From: Desulfosudaceae bacterium | GTDB lineage: Bacteria; Desulfobacterota; Desulfobacteria; Desulfobacterales; Desulfosudaceae | Length of the DNA: 64,000 nt | Assembly (NCBI GenBank): GCA_963674745.2 | Contig: CAXXDV010000001.1 | Coordinates: 800,001-864,000 of the forward strand | Reading direction: 5' to 3' | In this document: in pieces, positions 1-8,790 of the stretch | Position numbering within the stretch: the first letter of the stretch is position 1 | How the letters are laid out: every line of letters starts with the position of its first letter | Notes under the pieces: model-generated | Databases searched by the model: none | Seen by the model: the letters and a program-made list of their open reading frames with translations, nothing else | Told to the model about the DNA's origin: nothing | Translations under genes and position numbers: made by a program

Positions 1-387
1 TACAATATAAAAACCGTGGTGAGCCTGAGCGGCTACGATGACCCCGAGAACATAGCCCGCCAGAAGGAAGAAAACAGGATATGCAGTGAAAAGGGCGTTG
101 CCGTGATTTCTCTCCCCATGTTTGCGACAAAGCCGCCCAGCGAGAGGCAGATCACCCGATGGCTAAACGTGATGAGAAACCCCTATCGTCCGCCTATACT
201 TGTCCATTGTACCCACGGCGTCGTCCGTACGGGAATGATGGTGGCCATTTACGAAATGGAACTAAACGGAAAAGATGTTCAACAGGTTTTATCCGAACAA
301 CCCACCTTCGGTCATGACTGGGCCGAGAACCTCAAAGATTTTCTCTTAAATTATACCCCTCGGGCAGGGGAAACAAAAAAAGGGTGA
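1..387 (+). CDS. Protein tyrosine/dual-specificity phosphatase family protein (5' truncated by window edge)
   Basis: CX5R active-site loop HCTHGVVRTG; frame is open back to base 1 (YNIKTVVSL). Confidence 0.8.
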   Translation, partial: YNIKTVVSLSGYDDPENIARQKEENRICSEKGVAVISLPMFATKPPSERQITRWLNVMRNPYRPPILVHCTHGVVRTGMMVAIYEMELNGKDVQQVLSEQPTFGHDWAENLKDFLLNYTPRAGETKKG

Positions 388-398
388 AACGCCCTGTC

Positions 399-1364
399 TC
401 ATTGGTTTTCAGGCGCCTTTCTATCGTTTTTATTATCCAGTTTGCTTCGCCATCTTCGATGCATCCAGAACCATTGCTCCGGATATTTTCTGATCATCAT
501 TTCATACACATCCGAGCAGATCTGGGTATTGGTTATCACATCCGCTTCCGGATCGCCCGTATTCACCAGCTTGAGTTCTTCAAGACACATAACGACATAA
601 TTGTAATCCGGCGTAAGCCTTATAAAGACAGGGGTGATAGGGACGTTGAGAGTGGTGGCGAGTTCTACCGGAGCGGTCACGGTATGGGCCGGAACACCAA
701 AAAAATCGACAAATACCCCTTTAACCCTTTTTCTGGTATCAAGATCAAACAGCAGGCCGAACGTCTCTCCCGCCATCAGCCCCTCAACGACAGCCTGTTT
801 GGCGTTCCCCCGGACCGTGTTGGCATATCCGGCCTGATTACGATAATCAACGATCAGCTTATCCATTCTGGGGTCATATGTTTTTTTGGCAACGACCCTG
901 ATCGGATAGCCCTGCCTTACAATCCAGGTGCCCAGCAGTTCCCAGTTGCCATAATGCCCTGTCATGAGGATAGAACCTTTGCCCCTGTTGACGGCATCGG
1001 TAAAATGATGGAAATTCTCGACCGTGACAATTCTGTCAATGGTTCCGTCTTTGACAAGAACAGGCAACCGGATGGCGTCGGCAATGCAGACCGTCAGATT
1101 TAAAACGGCTTTTTTAGCAAGTTCTTTAATTTCTTTATCTGTTTTTTCCTCGCCATAAGCCAGGGTAAGATGCGCTATAATTTTTTTTCTGCGTTTGGAG
1201 GCCAGGACGTAAGCGATTCTACCGGCGAACCGCATTAAAGAAATAGATGTCTTGCGGGGCAACACTCTAAAAAACGTGATCATGCCCAACACGCCATAAA
1301 ATATTAACGTGTTTTTGAATTTCAGTTTCGGCTTTTCAGATGGCATCTTTTTGTATGCTTTCAC
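399..1364 (-). CDS. Lipid A biosynthesis lauroyl/lysophospholipid acyltransferase (HtrB/LpxL family)
   Basis: Motifs GHYGNWE, FVDFFG, PEQWFWMHRRW; start codon uncertain. Confidence 0.85.
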   Translation of the reverse strand: MKAYKKMPSEKPKLKFKNTLIFYGVLGMITFFRVLPRKTSISLMRFAGRIAYVLASKRRKKIIAHLTLAYGEEKTDKEIKELAKKAVLNLTVCIADAIRLPVLVKDGTIDRIVTVENFHHFTDAVNRGKGSILMTGHYGNWELLGTWIVRQGYPIRVVAKKTYDPRMDKLIVDYRNQAGYANTVRGNAKQAVVEGLMAGETFGLLFDLDTRKRVKGVFVDFFGVPAHTVTAPVELATTLNVPITPVFIRLTPDYNYVVMCLEELKLVNTGDPEADVITNTQICSDVYEMMIRKYPEQWFWMHRRWRSKLDNKNDRKAPENQ

Positions 1365-1603
1365 CTATGTTGTTTTGACGGTTTTCAGAATACAAAATAC
1401 CCCCGAAAGGATATGTTTTACAAGATGGAAAGCGCAAAAAACAAAAAAGACCGGCTGACGGAATGGGTTACGGTCCGGCAAAGGGTTATATCTTGCGGTG
1501 ACTTACTGATAACTGGTATAATAACATAAATTTTTTCATTCATCGGGCAGACTGTCGTTTTTTCCAGAGAGAAACCGTTTTTTCAAAAACCGGTTGCAAA
1601 ACC

Positions 1604-2608
1604 ATGTTAAAAGTTAAACTCATATTAGCCGGCATGCTTATTGTGATTGTGGTGGCCGGGCTGGCCGGGTGGAAGTATGTGTCCCACTACGCGGTTTCGC
1701 CGGTGGATCCGGGCGCGGAAAGGCAGGTGGTGCTGGTCCCGGCCGGTTCAGGGGTGAATGTCGTATCCGGTATGCTGGCCCGCCGGGGCATAGTCGACAG
1801 TGCGATTAAATTCAAGCTGCTGTATTATTTAAAAAACCGTCATGCCCTGATTAAAACCGGAGAATATGCTCTTTCCGCGGCCATGTCGCCAACGGAAATA
1901 ATGAATATGCTCATCCGGGGAGACGTCCTGCTGCATAAACTCACCATACCGGAAGGATTTAACATAAAACAGATCGCCCAACTGGTGGACAAATCAGGGT
2001 TGGCCGGCGGCGAATCGTTCCTTCGGGCGGCCACCAGCCGCGATTTTGTTTCCACCCTGGGGATACAGGCCGACACCGCTGAAGGCTATCTGTTTCCGGA
2101 AACCTATTTTTTCCCTTCATCGGTAACGGCTGAAAAAATCGTATCCACCATGACCGACCGGTTTCATGCCGTATTCACAAAAGAATGGCAGGCCCGGGCC
2201 GGGGCACTGGGGTTTTCGGTCCACGAAATCGTGACCCTGGCCTCGATTATCGAAAAGGAAACCGCCATAGCGAACGAGCGGCCGTTAATCGCTTCGGTCT
2301 TCCACAACCGCCTGAAAAAGCGCATGCGGATGGAAAGCGATCCAACCGTTATCTATGGTATTCCCGATTTTGACGGCAACATCACCCGTGTCCACCTGAA
2401 TACGTTTACACCGTATAACACCTACCGTATCAAGGGGCTGCCGCCGGGGCCCATCGCCAGTCCCGGGCGGGCATCGCTCGAGGCGGCGCTGTATCCGGCC
2501 GATACCGTTTATCTTTATTTTGTCGCCACCGGCAGGGGCAGCCATCATTTTTCAACTAATTTCATCGACCACAAAAAGGCCGTGCGAAAATATCAGTTGC
2601 GGCGATAA
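1604..2608 (+). CDS. mltG: Endolytic transglycosylase MltG (YceG family)
   Basis: N-terminal TM; TIPEG, EGYLFPETY, LASIIEKET, PYNTY-GLPPGPI motifs. Confidence 0.95.
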   Translation: MLKVKLILAGMLIVIVVAGLAGWKYVSHYAVSPVDPGAERQVVLVPAGSGVNVVSGMLARRGIVDSAIKFKLLYYLKNRHALIKTGEYALSAAMSPTEIMNMLIRGDVLLHKLTIPEGFNIKQIAQLVDKSGLAGGESFLRAATSRDFVSTLGIQADTAEGYLFPETYFFPSSVTAEKIVSTMTDRFHAVFTKEWQARAGALGFSVHEIVTLASIIEKETAIANERPLIASVFHNRLKKRMRMESDPTVIYGIPDFDGNITRVHLNTFTPYNTYRIKGLPPGPIASPGRASLEAALYPADTVYLYFVATGRGSHHFSTNFIDHKKAVRKYQLRR

Positions 2609-2682
2609 CTGGCACTGACAGCCCGCCCTGTTTTCCAAAGCTACCGCTCATTTTTTTGCATTTTTTTATTTATGGGGTGAAA

Positions 2683-2730
2683 AGGGTTCAAGGATTCAAG
2701 GGGTCGAGGGGTCGAGGGGTCAAGTGGTTG
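2683..2730. repeat. Degenerate octamer tandem repeat (6 units, AGGGGTCR-like)
   Basis: agggttca aggattca aggggtcg aggggtcg aggggtca agtggttg. Confidence 0.85.
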
Positions 2731-2747
2731 TTGCGATAAAATATTTC

Positions 2748-2776
2748 TTGACATAAAATATACCAATCGGTATATT
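2748..2776 (+). promoter_or_regulatory. Sigma70 promoter of tetR overlapped by a palindromic operator
   Basis: TTGACA(2748)-17 nt-TATATT(2771); palindrome AATATACCaatCGGTATATT at 2757-2776. Confidence 0.8.
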
Positions 2777-2782
2777 GTTGAT

Positions 2783-3394
2783 ATGAAAGAAACACTGATC
2801 AGCAAATCGGAAAGAACGCGCCAGTTCATTATTGAAAAAACCGCCCCGGTTTTTAACAAAAAAGGCGTTGCCGGCACCTCCCTGTCCGACCTGACCCGGG
2901 CCACCGGCCTGACCAAAGGCAGCATCTACGGCAACTTCAAAAATAAGGACGATCTGGCCCAGGCGGTATTCCAATACAGCATCGACAACCTGACCCGGTT
3001 TATGGCCAGACAGATTGAAAAAGCCGGAACACCGGTCGAAAAGCTCCTGGCCGTTGCCGATGCCTATCGAAAATTGTATCACCCCATGATCAGTTATGGC
3101 GGATGCCCGATCCTCAATACGGCCGCCGAAGCCGATGATACCCATAAGGCCCTTTCCAACCTTGCTGTTGAAGCGATCAACCAGCTTCAGGCCGTTCTCA
3201 TTGACCTGGTCAACCAGGGCAAAAATGACGGTCAGATCGACCCTGACGCCGATGCCGATCGTTTTGCCCGAATCGCCATGGCATTGGTGGAAGGCGGCCT
3301 CATGCTGTCCAAATTGACCGGCTCCAGGAACTATCTGATGAGTGCGCTGGATCAACTGGAGGATAAAATCCGGGAGATGGCGGACATGACCTAA
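2783..3394 (+). CDS. TetR/AcrR family transcriptional regulator
   Basis: N-terminal HTH with GLTKGSIYGNFKNKDDL; C-terminal GGCPILN. Confidence 0.95.
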   Translation: MKETLISKSERTRQFIIEKTAPVFNKKGVAGTSLSDLTRATGLTKGSIYGNFKNKDDLAQAVFQYSIDNLTRFMARQIEKAGTPVEKLLAVADAYRKLYHPMISYGGCPILNTAAEADDTHKALSNLAVEAINQLQAVLIDLVNQGKNDGQIDPDADADRFARIAMALVEGGLMLSKLTGSRNYLMSALDQLEDKIREMADMT

Positions 3395-3399
3395 TTTTT

Positions 3400-3428
3400 T
3401 TGCCCCTTAATATACCGAACGGTATTTT
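3400..3428 (+). promoter_or_regulatory. Second TetR operator over the promoter of the molybdoenzyme gene
   Basis: AATATACCgaaCGGTATTTT at 3409-3428 matches the 2757 palindrome; TTGCCC-17 nt-TATTTT has the same geometry. Confidence 0.75.
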
Positions 3429-3452
3429 TATAAACATATGTAAGGAGCGATC

Positions 3453-5693
3453 ATGAGCGAATGGATTAAAACCGGGTGCGTGCTTTGCGCACAGAACTGC
3501 GGGCTGGAGGCCCTGGTAGAAAACGGCCGCATGGTCAAAGTGCGGCCGGACAAAAACAACCCCCGCAGCCGGGGCTATGCCTGCCGCAAGGGATTGAACG
3601 TGGCATACCACCAGTATCCAGCCGACCGGATTACCCGACCCCTGAAAAAGGTCAACGACGCGTTTGAACCCATTTCCTGGGACCAGGCTGCTACCGAAAT
3701 TGCCGAAAAGCTGCGGCAATCCGTAGACACTTACGGCCCCCGAAGCGTGGCTTACATGGGCGCCAGTTCCCAGGGTGGTCATATCGAGGCGGCTTTCGGC
3801 CTGACCATTCTGCGGGCCTTGGGATCACAGAACTTTTACTCTTCCGCCGGCCAGGAATTTGCCGGTCACTGGTGGGTGTTCGGCCGCATGCTGGGCCGCC
3901 AGTACAATGTCACCGGGCCGGACGAACACCACTGTGACATGCTGATCGCCTGGGGCTGGAACGGCATGGTCAGCCACCAGGTGCCCCGGGCGCCCATTGT
4001 ATTAAAGGACCTGGCCAAAAATCCGGATAAAATCCTGGTCTCAATCGATCCCCGCCAGAGCGAGACCGCCCGGGTGGCCGACATCCACCTGCCTGTCCGG
4101 CCGGGCACCGACGCCCTGCTCATCAAGGCCATGATCACGATTATCCTGGACCAGGGCTGGGAAAAACGGGACTACCTGGAGCAGTATGTCGAGGGTTGGG
4201 AGACGGTCCGGCCCTGGCTTGAAAATTTTGACGCCCGGGCCGCCATTGCCGTGTGCGAACTGGATTATGACCGGGTGTTTGACCTGTGTCGCCTAATGTC
4301 CGAAAGGCAGTGGGGTGTTCATCCAGACCTGGGTGTGTTCATGGGCCGCAATTCAACGCTCAACTCCTACCTGCTGATGTTGCTGCAGCTGGTCTGCGGC
4401 CGGCTGCTGGTAACGGGCGGCAACATCGTTCCCGGCATGGTCATGCCCATGGGATTTCACGCCGACGAGCGCGATGAAAAGATCTGGCGCACCATCGCCA
4501 CCAACATGCCGCCGGCCGCAGCCGGCGCCTTCCCGCCGGCCGTACTGCCCGAGGAAATCCTGGCCGATCATCCCGAGCGGGTCCGGGCGGTGGTTGTCAG
4601 CGCCTGCAACCCGCTGCGGTCGTACCCGGACACCACTGCCTATGAAAAAGCTTTTGAGAATCTGGACCTGCTGGTGGTCAACGAAATCGTCATGAGCGAA
4701 ACCGCCCGACTGGCCCATTACGTACTGCCGGCCTGCACGTTTTATGAATCTTATGACCTTACCTTTTTCCCCATGTCCTATCCGGAAGTCTATCTGCAGC
4801 TGCGGCGACCCCTTGTCAAGCCGCCGGGCGAAAGCAAAGAACTGGCCGGGATATTTACGCTGATTGCGGAAAAGCTGGGCCTGGTTCCGGATATTCCGGA
4901 CGATCTGATCGAGGCGGCCGCCGGTGATCGTCTCACATTCGGGGCCAAACTGATGGAGTGGGCCGCCTCGGAGCCGGCCGCGTTGACGGCCATGCCCTTT
5001 GTCCTGGCCAAAACCCTGGGCCGGCAATGGCAGAGCGCCCACAAGGCAGCCCTGTGGGGCATGATGATGACGGCTCCCAAGACCTTTTTCAAAAATGCCC
5101 TGCGGGCCGGGTTTGCGCCCGGGCCCGACCTGGGCGACCGTATCTTTCAGGCCATCCTGGATACCCCCCAGGGGTTGTGGGTGGGAAAAGTGGATGCGGA
5201 CAAACCCATGGCCGTACTCAAAACGCCCTCCGGGAAAATTGAGGCCTGCATACCCGAACTGGAAGACTCGGTCCGGAAACTGAGCGCCGTCGCCGAGAAA
5301 GAGGCATTGGAAATGCCCCTTGATTTTCCGCTGGTATTAAATGCCGGGCGTCACATGCCATACAACATCAACACCATGATGCGGAACCCGGAGTGGAACA
5401 AAGGCAAACGCGCCTGCACCATTGCCATCAGCCCGGTTGATGCCGAACGGCTGGGGTTGTCCGACGGACAGACGGTCCGGGTGACCACCGCGGCCGGAAG
5501 TGAAACCGGTGAACTGGAGGTCAGCGATCAGGTCAGACCGGGTATGGTCCTGATACCTCACGGGTTCGGCCTGGTTTACGATGGAAAGGTTTACGGGCTG
5601 AACGTCAACCGCTTAACCGGGGGCCGGCACCGGGACCCGCTGACCGGGACACCGCTGCACCGTTTCGTACCGTGCCGGTTAGAAAGGGCATAA
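3453..5693 (+). CDS. Molybdopterin-dependent oxidoreductase, DMSO-reductase superfamily, cytoplasmic catalytic subunit
   Basis: N-terminal 4Fe-4S motif CVLCAQNC..C; PISWDQA, SETARLAHYVLP, C-terminal MGD-binding domain; no Tat signal. Confidence 0.9.
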   Translation: MSEWIKTGCVLCAQNCGLEALVENGRMVKVRPDKNNPRSRGYACRKGLNVAYHQYPADRITRPLKKVNDAFEPISWDQAATEIAEKLRQSVDTYGPRSVAYMGASSQGGHIEAAFGLTILRALGSQNFYSSAGQEFAGHWWVFGRMLGRQYNVTGPDEHHCDMLIAWGWNGMVSHQVPRAPIVLKDLAKNPDKILVSIDPRQSETARVADIHLPVRPGTDALLIKAMITIILDQGWEKRDYLEQYVEGWETVRPWLENFDARAAIAVCELDYDRVFDLCRLMSERQWGVHPDLGVFMGRNSTLNSYLLMLLQLVCGRLLVTGGNIVPGMVMPMGFHADERDEKIWRTIATNMPPAAAGAFPPAVLPEEILADHPERVRAVVVSACNPLRSYPDTTAYEKAFENLDLLVVNEIVMSETARLAHYVLPACTFYESYDLTFFPMSYPEVYLQLRRPLVKPPGESKELAGIFTLIAEKLGLVPDIPDDLIEAAAGDRLTFGAKLMEWAASEPAALTAMPFVLAKTLGRQWQSAHKAALWGMMMTAPKTFFKNALRAGFAPGPDLGDRIFQAILDTPQGLWVGKVDADKPMAVLKTPSGKIEACIPELEDSVRKLSAVAEKEALEMPLDFPLVLNAGRHMPYNINTMMRNPEWNKGKRACTIAISPVDAERLGLSDGQTVRVTTAAGSETGELEVSDQVRPGMVLIPHGFGLVYDGKVYGLNVNRLTGGRHRDPLTGTPLHRFVPCRLERA

Positions 5694-5713
5694 ACCGGTT
5701 ATCACATAAATCC

Positions 5714-5770
5714 GTAGGGACGCCCCCCGTGGCCGCCCGGTCAAGGGCACCCACAGGGGGGTGCCCTTAC
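5714..5770. repeat. REP-like inverted doublet (GTAG-palindrome ... palindrome-CTAC), type A
   Basis: gtagggacgccccccgtggccgccc ... agggcacccacaggggggtgcccttac; near-identical to the 10955 and 27302 copies. Confidence 0.85.
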
Positions 5771-5839
5771 AGCTTCCTGTCCTGGGCCTTGCAGAGGGCC
5801 GAACGGCCAAGGCCCAGAATATAGCGTCATGAAAAATGG

Positions 5840-7081
5840 TTATTCAACAATTTCGGATCCGGTTTGGGCCGGCAGGACCAGGCGGACGGTCATGCCCTGG
5901 ACCAGCAGCGAAAACGCCACCACCGCGTAGGTCATGGTTAAAAACACAGCCCGCCATGGTTCGTCCGGCAGAGACAGGGCCAGGGCCACGGATATACCCC
6001 CACGAAGCCCGGCCCAGGTCAGCACCCGGATGGTGCCGGGACTGAAACGTCGAAACGGCTTCAAAAGCAGGACCGGCACGCTGACGCAGAACAGGCGTGC
6101 CAGCAGGGTGATGGGAATGGCCACCAGCCCCATCAGCTGATATTCGAGCGACAGGGAGATCATCAGAACCTCCAGGCCGATAAGCACGAAAAGCACGGCA
6201 TTCAGAATCTCGTCCACCAGTTCCCAGAACATGTCCAGGTGTTCGCGGGTATTGTCGGACATGGCCAGCCGGCGACCGTGGTTGCCGATCATCAGACCGG
6301 CGATGACCACCATAATCGGCCCGGACATATGCAGTTTCAAGGCCAGGGCATATCCGCCGGTCACCAGGGCCAGGGTAATCAGGATTTCAACCGCGTAGGC
6401 ATCCACCCGCCTCAAGGCTTCAAAAGCGATCCATCCCAGCACAAGGCCGAGGAGCACACCACCGGCGACTTCTTCTATGACCAGCCCGACAAGATGCCCG
6501 ACCGATATATGCTGTCCCCCGCCGGCCAGATCAAGCAAAACGATGAACACCACCACGCCGATGCCGTCATTGAACAGGGACTCTCCGGCGATTTTGGTCT
6601 CCAGGTCCACCGGCGCCCCGGCCCGCTTGAGGGTGCCCAGAACGGCAATAGGGTCGGTGGGCGAAATCAGCGCGCCGAACAGGAGGCAATGCAGGTAGGA
6701 TACCGTCCATCCGAACACCATAAACACAAAGTAAACACCCGTGCCGACAATAACCGTCGACACCACCACGCCCAGGGTGGCAAAAATGATCACTTCTATC
6801 TTATTATCCAGCAGGTCGTTCAGGTTGACATGCAGGGCACCGGCAAAAAGAAGAAACGAGAGCATGCCCACCATCAGGGCCATGTTGAAATCAATGCCGG
6901 CCACGACCTGCCGCAACCCGATATTGATGCCGAGTTTTCCCAGCAGAATGATGCCCATGGAAAAAAGCAATGAAATCAGCATCAGGGCAATGGTGGGCGG
7001 CAGCTTGAGAAAGCGGTAGTTCAAAAAGCTGAACAGTGCGGCCAGGCAGACAAGAATGGCGATATCATTAAATATGATCAT
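5840..7081 (-). CDS. Na+/H+ antiporter, CPA1 (NhaP-like) family
   Basis: Many TM helices; ISPTDPIAV, GESLFNDG and GLRGGIS motifs. Confidence 0.92.
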   Translation of the reverse strand: MIIFNDIAILVCLAALFSFLNYRFLKLPPTIALMLISLLFSMGIILLGKLGINIGLRQVVAGIDFNMALMVGMLSFLLFAGALHVNLNDLLDNKIEVIIFATLGVVVSTVIVGTGVYFVFMVFGWTVSYLHCLLFGALISPTDPIAVLGTLKRAGAPVDLETKIAGESLFNDGIGVVVFIVLLDLAGGGQHISVGHLVGLVIEEVAGGVLLGLVLGWIAFEALRRVDAYAVEILITLALVTGGYALALKLHMSGPIMVVIAGLMIGNHGRRLAMSDNTREHLDMFWELVDEILNAVLFVLIGLEVLMISLSLEYQLMGLVAIPITLLARLFCVSVPVLLLKPFRRFSPGTIRVLTWAGLRGGISVALALSLPDEPWRAVFLTMTYAVVAFSLLVQGMTVRLVLPAQTGSEIVE

Positions 7082-7314
7082 TTAACCCTCAAAAAGTAAT
7101 GCCCTCGAAAAATCAAAATCAGGATATTACGCTTATATATCATGACGGCGGTAATGGAAAGTGTTCACCCGGGCCGTTTTCAAAGCGCTTTACAAACCGG
7201 GTTTGATGCAGTATATCATTAGCGTTTGGACACGCCAAATTAAATAAACCTACGGGATTAAAAGCAGAATCCCTGGCTGATCCAGCCGGAATACGGATCA
7301 GCCTAAAAACTAAA

Positions 7315-7457
7315 GGGTATTTCAAGAAAATTCGAATTTTGATTCGAGGTCAAGGCGTGCGAAAATTTTAACCGCAGGAATACATAGACGTATTTTGAGG
7401 ATTAAAATTTGAGCACAACGCCGACATCGGGCCAAAAGGCAATTTTTAGAGGTGCCC
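7315..7457 (+). repeat. ~143-nt long-hairpin/MITE-like element, copy 1
   Basis: Imperfect terminal IRs (gggtatttcaagaaaatt / aatttttagaggtgccc); near-identical inverted copy at 40764-40905. Confidence 0.85.
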
Positions 7458-7472
7458 GCAAGAGAGGATGCT

Positions 7473-8126
7473 ATGCAACCGGAAACAACACTGGTGCTGG
7501 CCACCCGCAACCGGGGAAAGACAGAAGAGCTTGGGGCTTTGCTAAGCCCCACGGGTATAACTGTAAAAAACCTTGATGATTTCGGTCCCATGCCGGAAGT
7601 CGAGGAAGACGGCGCCACCTTTGATGAGAATGCCTTTAAAAAATCAAGCTTTTACGCCCGCATTCTTGGTTTTCCAACCATGGCCGATGATTCCGGACTG
7701 GTGGTTGAAGCACTGGACGGTGCGCCCGGCGTTTTATCCGCCCGGTACGCCGGCGAAAACGCCACCGACCGGGACCGGTGTGAAAAGCTGCTGACCGAAT
7801 TAAAAGGAAAGACCAACCGCGCGGCGGCGTTTGAATGCGTTATTTCCATCTCGGTACCCACCGGCGCCGCCCTGACCTATGAAGGGCGTTGCGAAGGGGT
7901 TATCGCCGAAGCACCGGCGGGGGATAATGGTTTCGGCTATGACCCGGTATTTTATTACCCGTCTCTGGGAAAAACCTTTGCCGAACTGGACGCAACCGAA
8001 AAAAACCGGATCAGCCACCGGGGCCGGGCCCTGGCCGAAGTGGTCGCGGAAATTGACAAGGTCAAGGCCTGGATCCAACAAAACATGCCGATTTTTGAGA
8101 AAGTGGTCTGTAAGCATGATGATTGA
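7473..8126 (+). CDS. rdgB: Non-canonical purine NTP (XTP/dITP) pyrophosphatase
   Basis: LATRNRGK, ADDSGL, GFGYDP and SHR motifs; GAGG RBS before ATG 7473. Confidence 0.95.
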   Translation: MQPETTLVLATRNRGKTEELGALLSPTGITVKNLDDFGPMPEVEEDGATFDENAFKKSSFYARILGFPTMADDSGLVVEALDGAPGVLSARYAGENATDRDRCEKLLTELKGKTNRAAAFECVISISVPTGAALTYEGRCEGVIAEAPAGDNGFGYDPVFYYPSLGKTFAELDATEKNRISHRGRALAEVVAEIDKVKAWIQQNMPIFEKVVCKHDD

Positions 8127-8697
8127 AGACCTGATCCGAAAAAACAGGAGTTGCCGGCGGTTTTTTGAACACCACGCCGTCGAAAAAGACACCTTAAGAT
8201 CGCTGGTGAATCTCGCCCGCCTGTCGGCTTCGGCCGCCAACCGGCAGCCCCTGCGGTTTATCCTTTCCTGGCAGAAAGAACGCAACGAGACGATTTTCCC
8301 CTGCCTGACCTGGGCGGCCTATTTGACGGACTGGCCCGGGCCGCCGGAAGGGGAGCGTCCGGCAGCGTATATCGTCATCACCGGCGACACGACCATCACC
8401 GATAATTTCTGGTGTGATCACGGTATTGTAAGCCAGAGTATGCTGCTCGGCGCCAGGGAAATGGGTCTGGCCGGATGCATGATCGGTGCGTTTAATGAAA
8501 AAAAGCTTAGATCGGCTTTGTCCATTCCGGATCATTTGAAAATCATGCTGGTCATCGCCCTGGGGAAACCCAGGGAAACCATTGTTATTGATGAGATCGG
8601 GCCGGACAATAATATCCGCTACTGGCGGGACAAGTCCGGGGTACACCATGTTCCCAAACGGCATCTGGATGATTTAATTGTCGACTTTTCCGATTGA
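8116..8697 (+). CDS. Nitroreductase family protein
   Basis: RSCRRF and SAANRQP motifs; start overlaps the rdgB end. Confidence 0.9.
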   Translation: MMIEDLIRKNRSCRRFFEHHAVEKDTLRSLVNLARLSASAANRQPLRFILSWQKERNETIFPCLTWAAYLTDWPGPPEGERPAAYIVITGDTTITDNFWCDHGIVSQSMLLGAREMGLAGCMIGAFNEKKLRSALSIPDHLKIMLVIALGKPRETIVIDEIGPDNNIRYWRDKSGVHHVPKRHLDDLIVDFSD

Positions 8698-8790
8698 TAT
8701 GGACGTGGATGGAAAAAATATGTATATTAACCAGATGCTTGGTTATATCTAAACACAAAAATATCCTATCGCATTTTAAGGAGGTTGGGG

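Noticed and set aside
3453..5693. Selenocysteine or formate dehydrogenase assignment for the molybdoenzyme
   Set aside because: No in-frame TGA, no FDH Cys/Sec-His motif and no partner subunits.
7145..7235. Fluoride or Na+ riboswitch near the antiporter gene
   Set aside because: Partial look-alikes (GGTAATGG..GTTCACC and GCTAATGA) lie on opposite strands and do not form the consensus.
7315..7457. Integron attC site
   Set aside because: The long bulged palindrome lacks RYYYAAC/GTTRRRY ends; neighbours are housekeeping genes and no integrase is present.
7322..7618. ORFs 7322-7618 and 40702-40890 sharing the peptide KNCLLARCRRCAQILIL
   Set aside because: The shared peptide is simply the translation of the hairpin repeat; no RBS, and both overlap real genes antisense.
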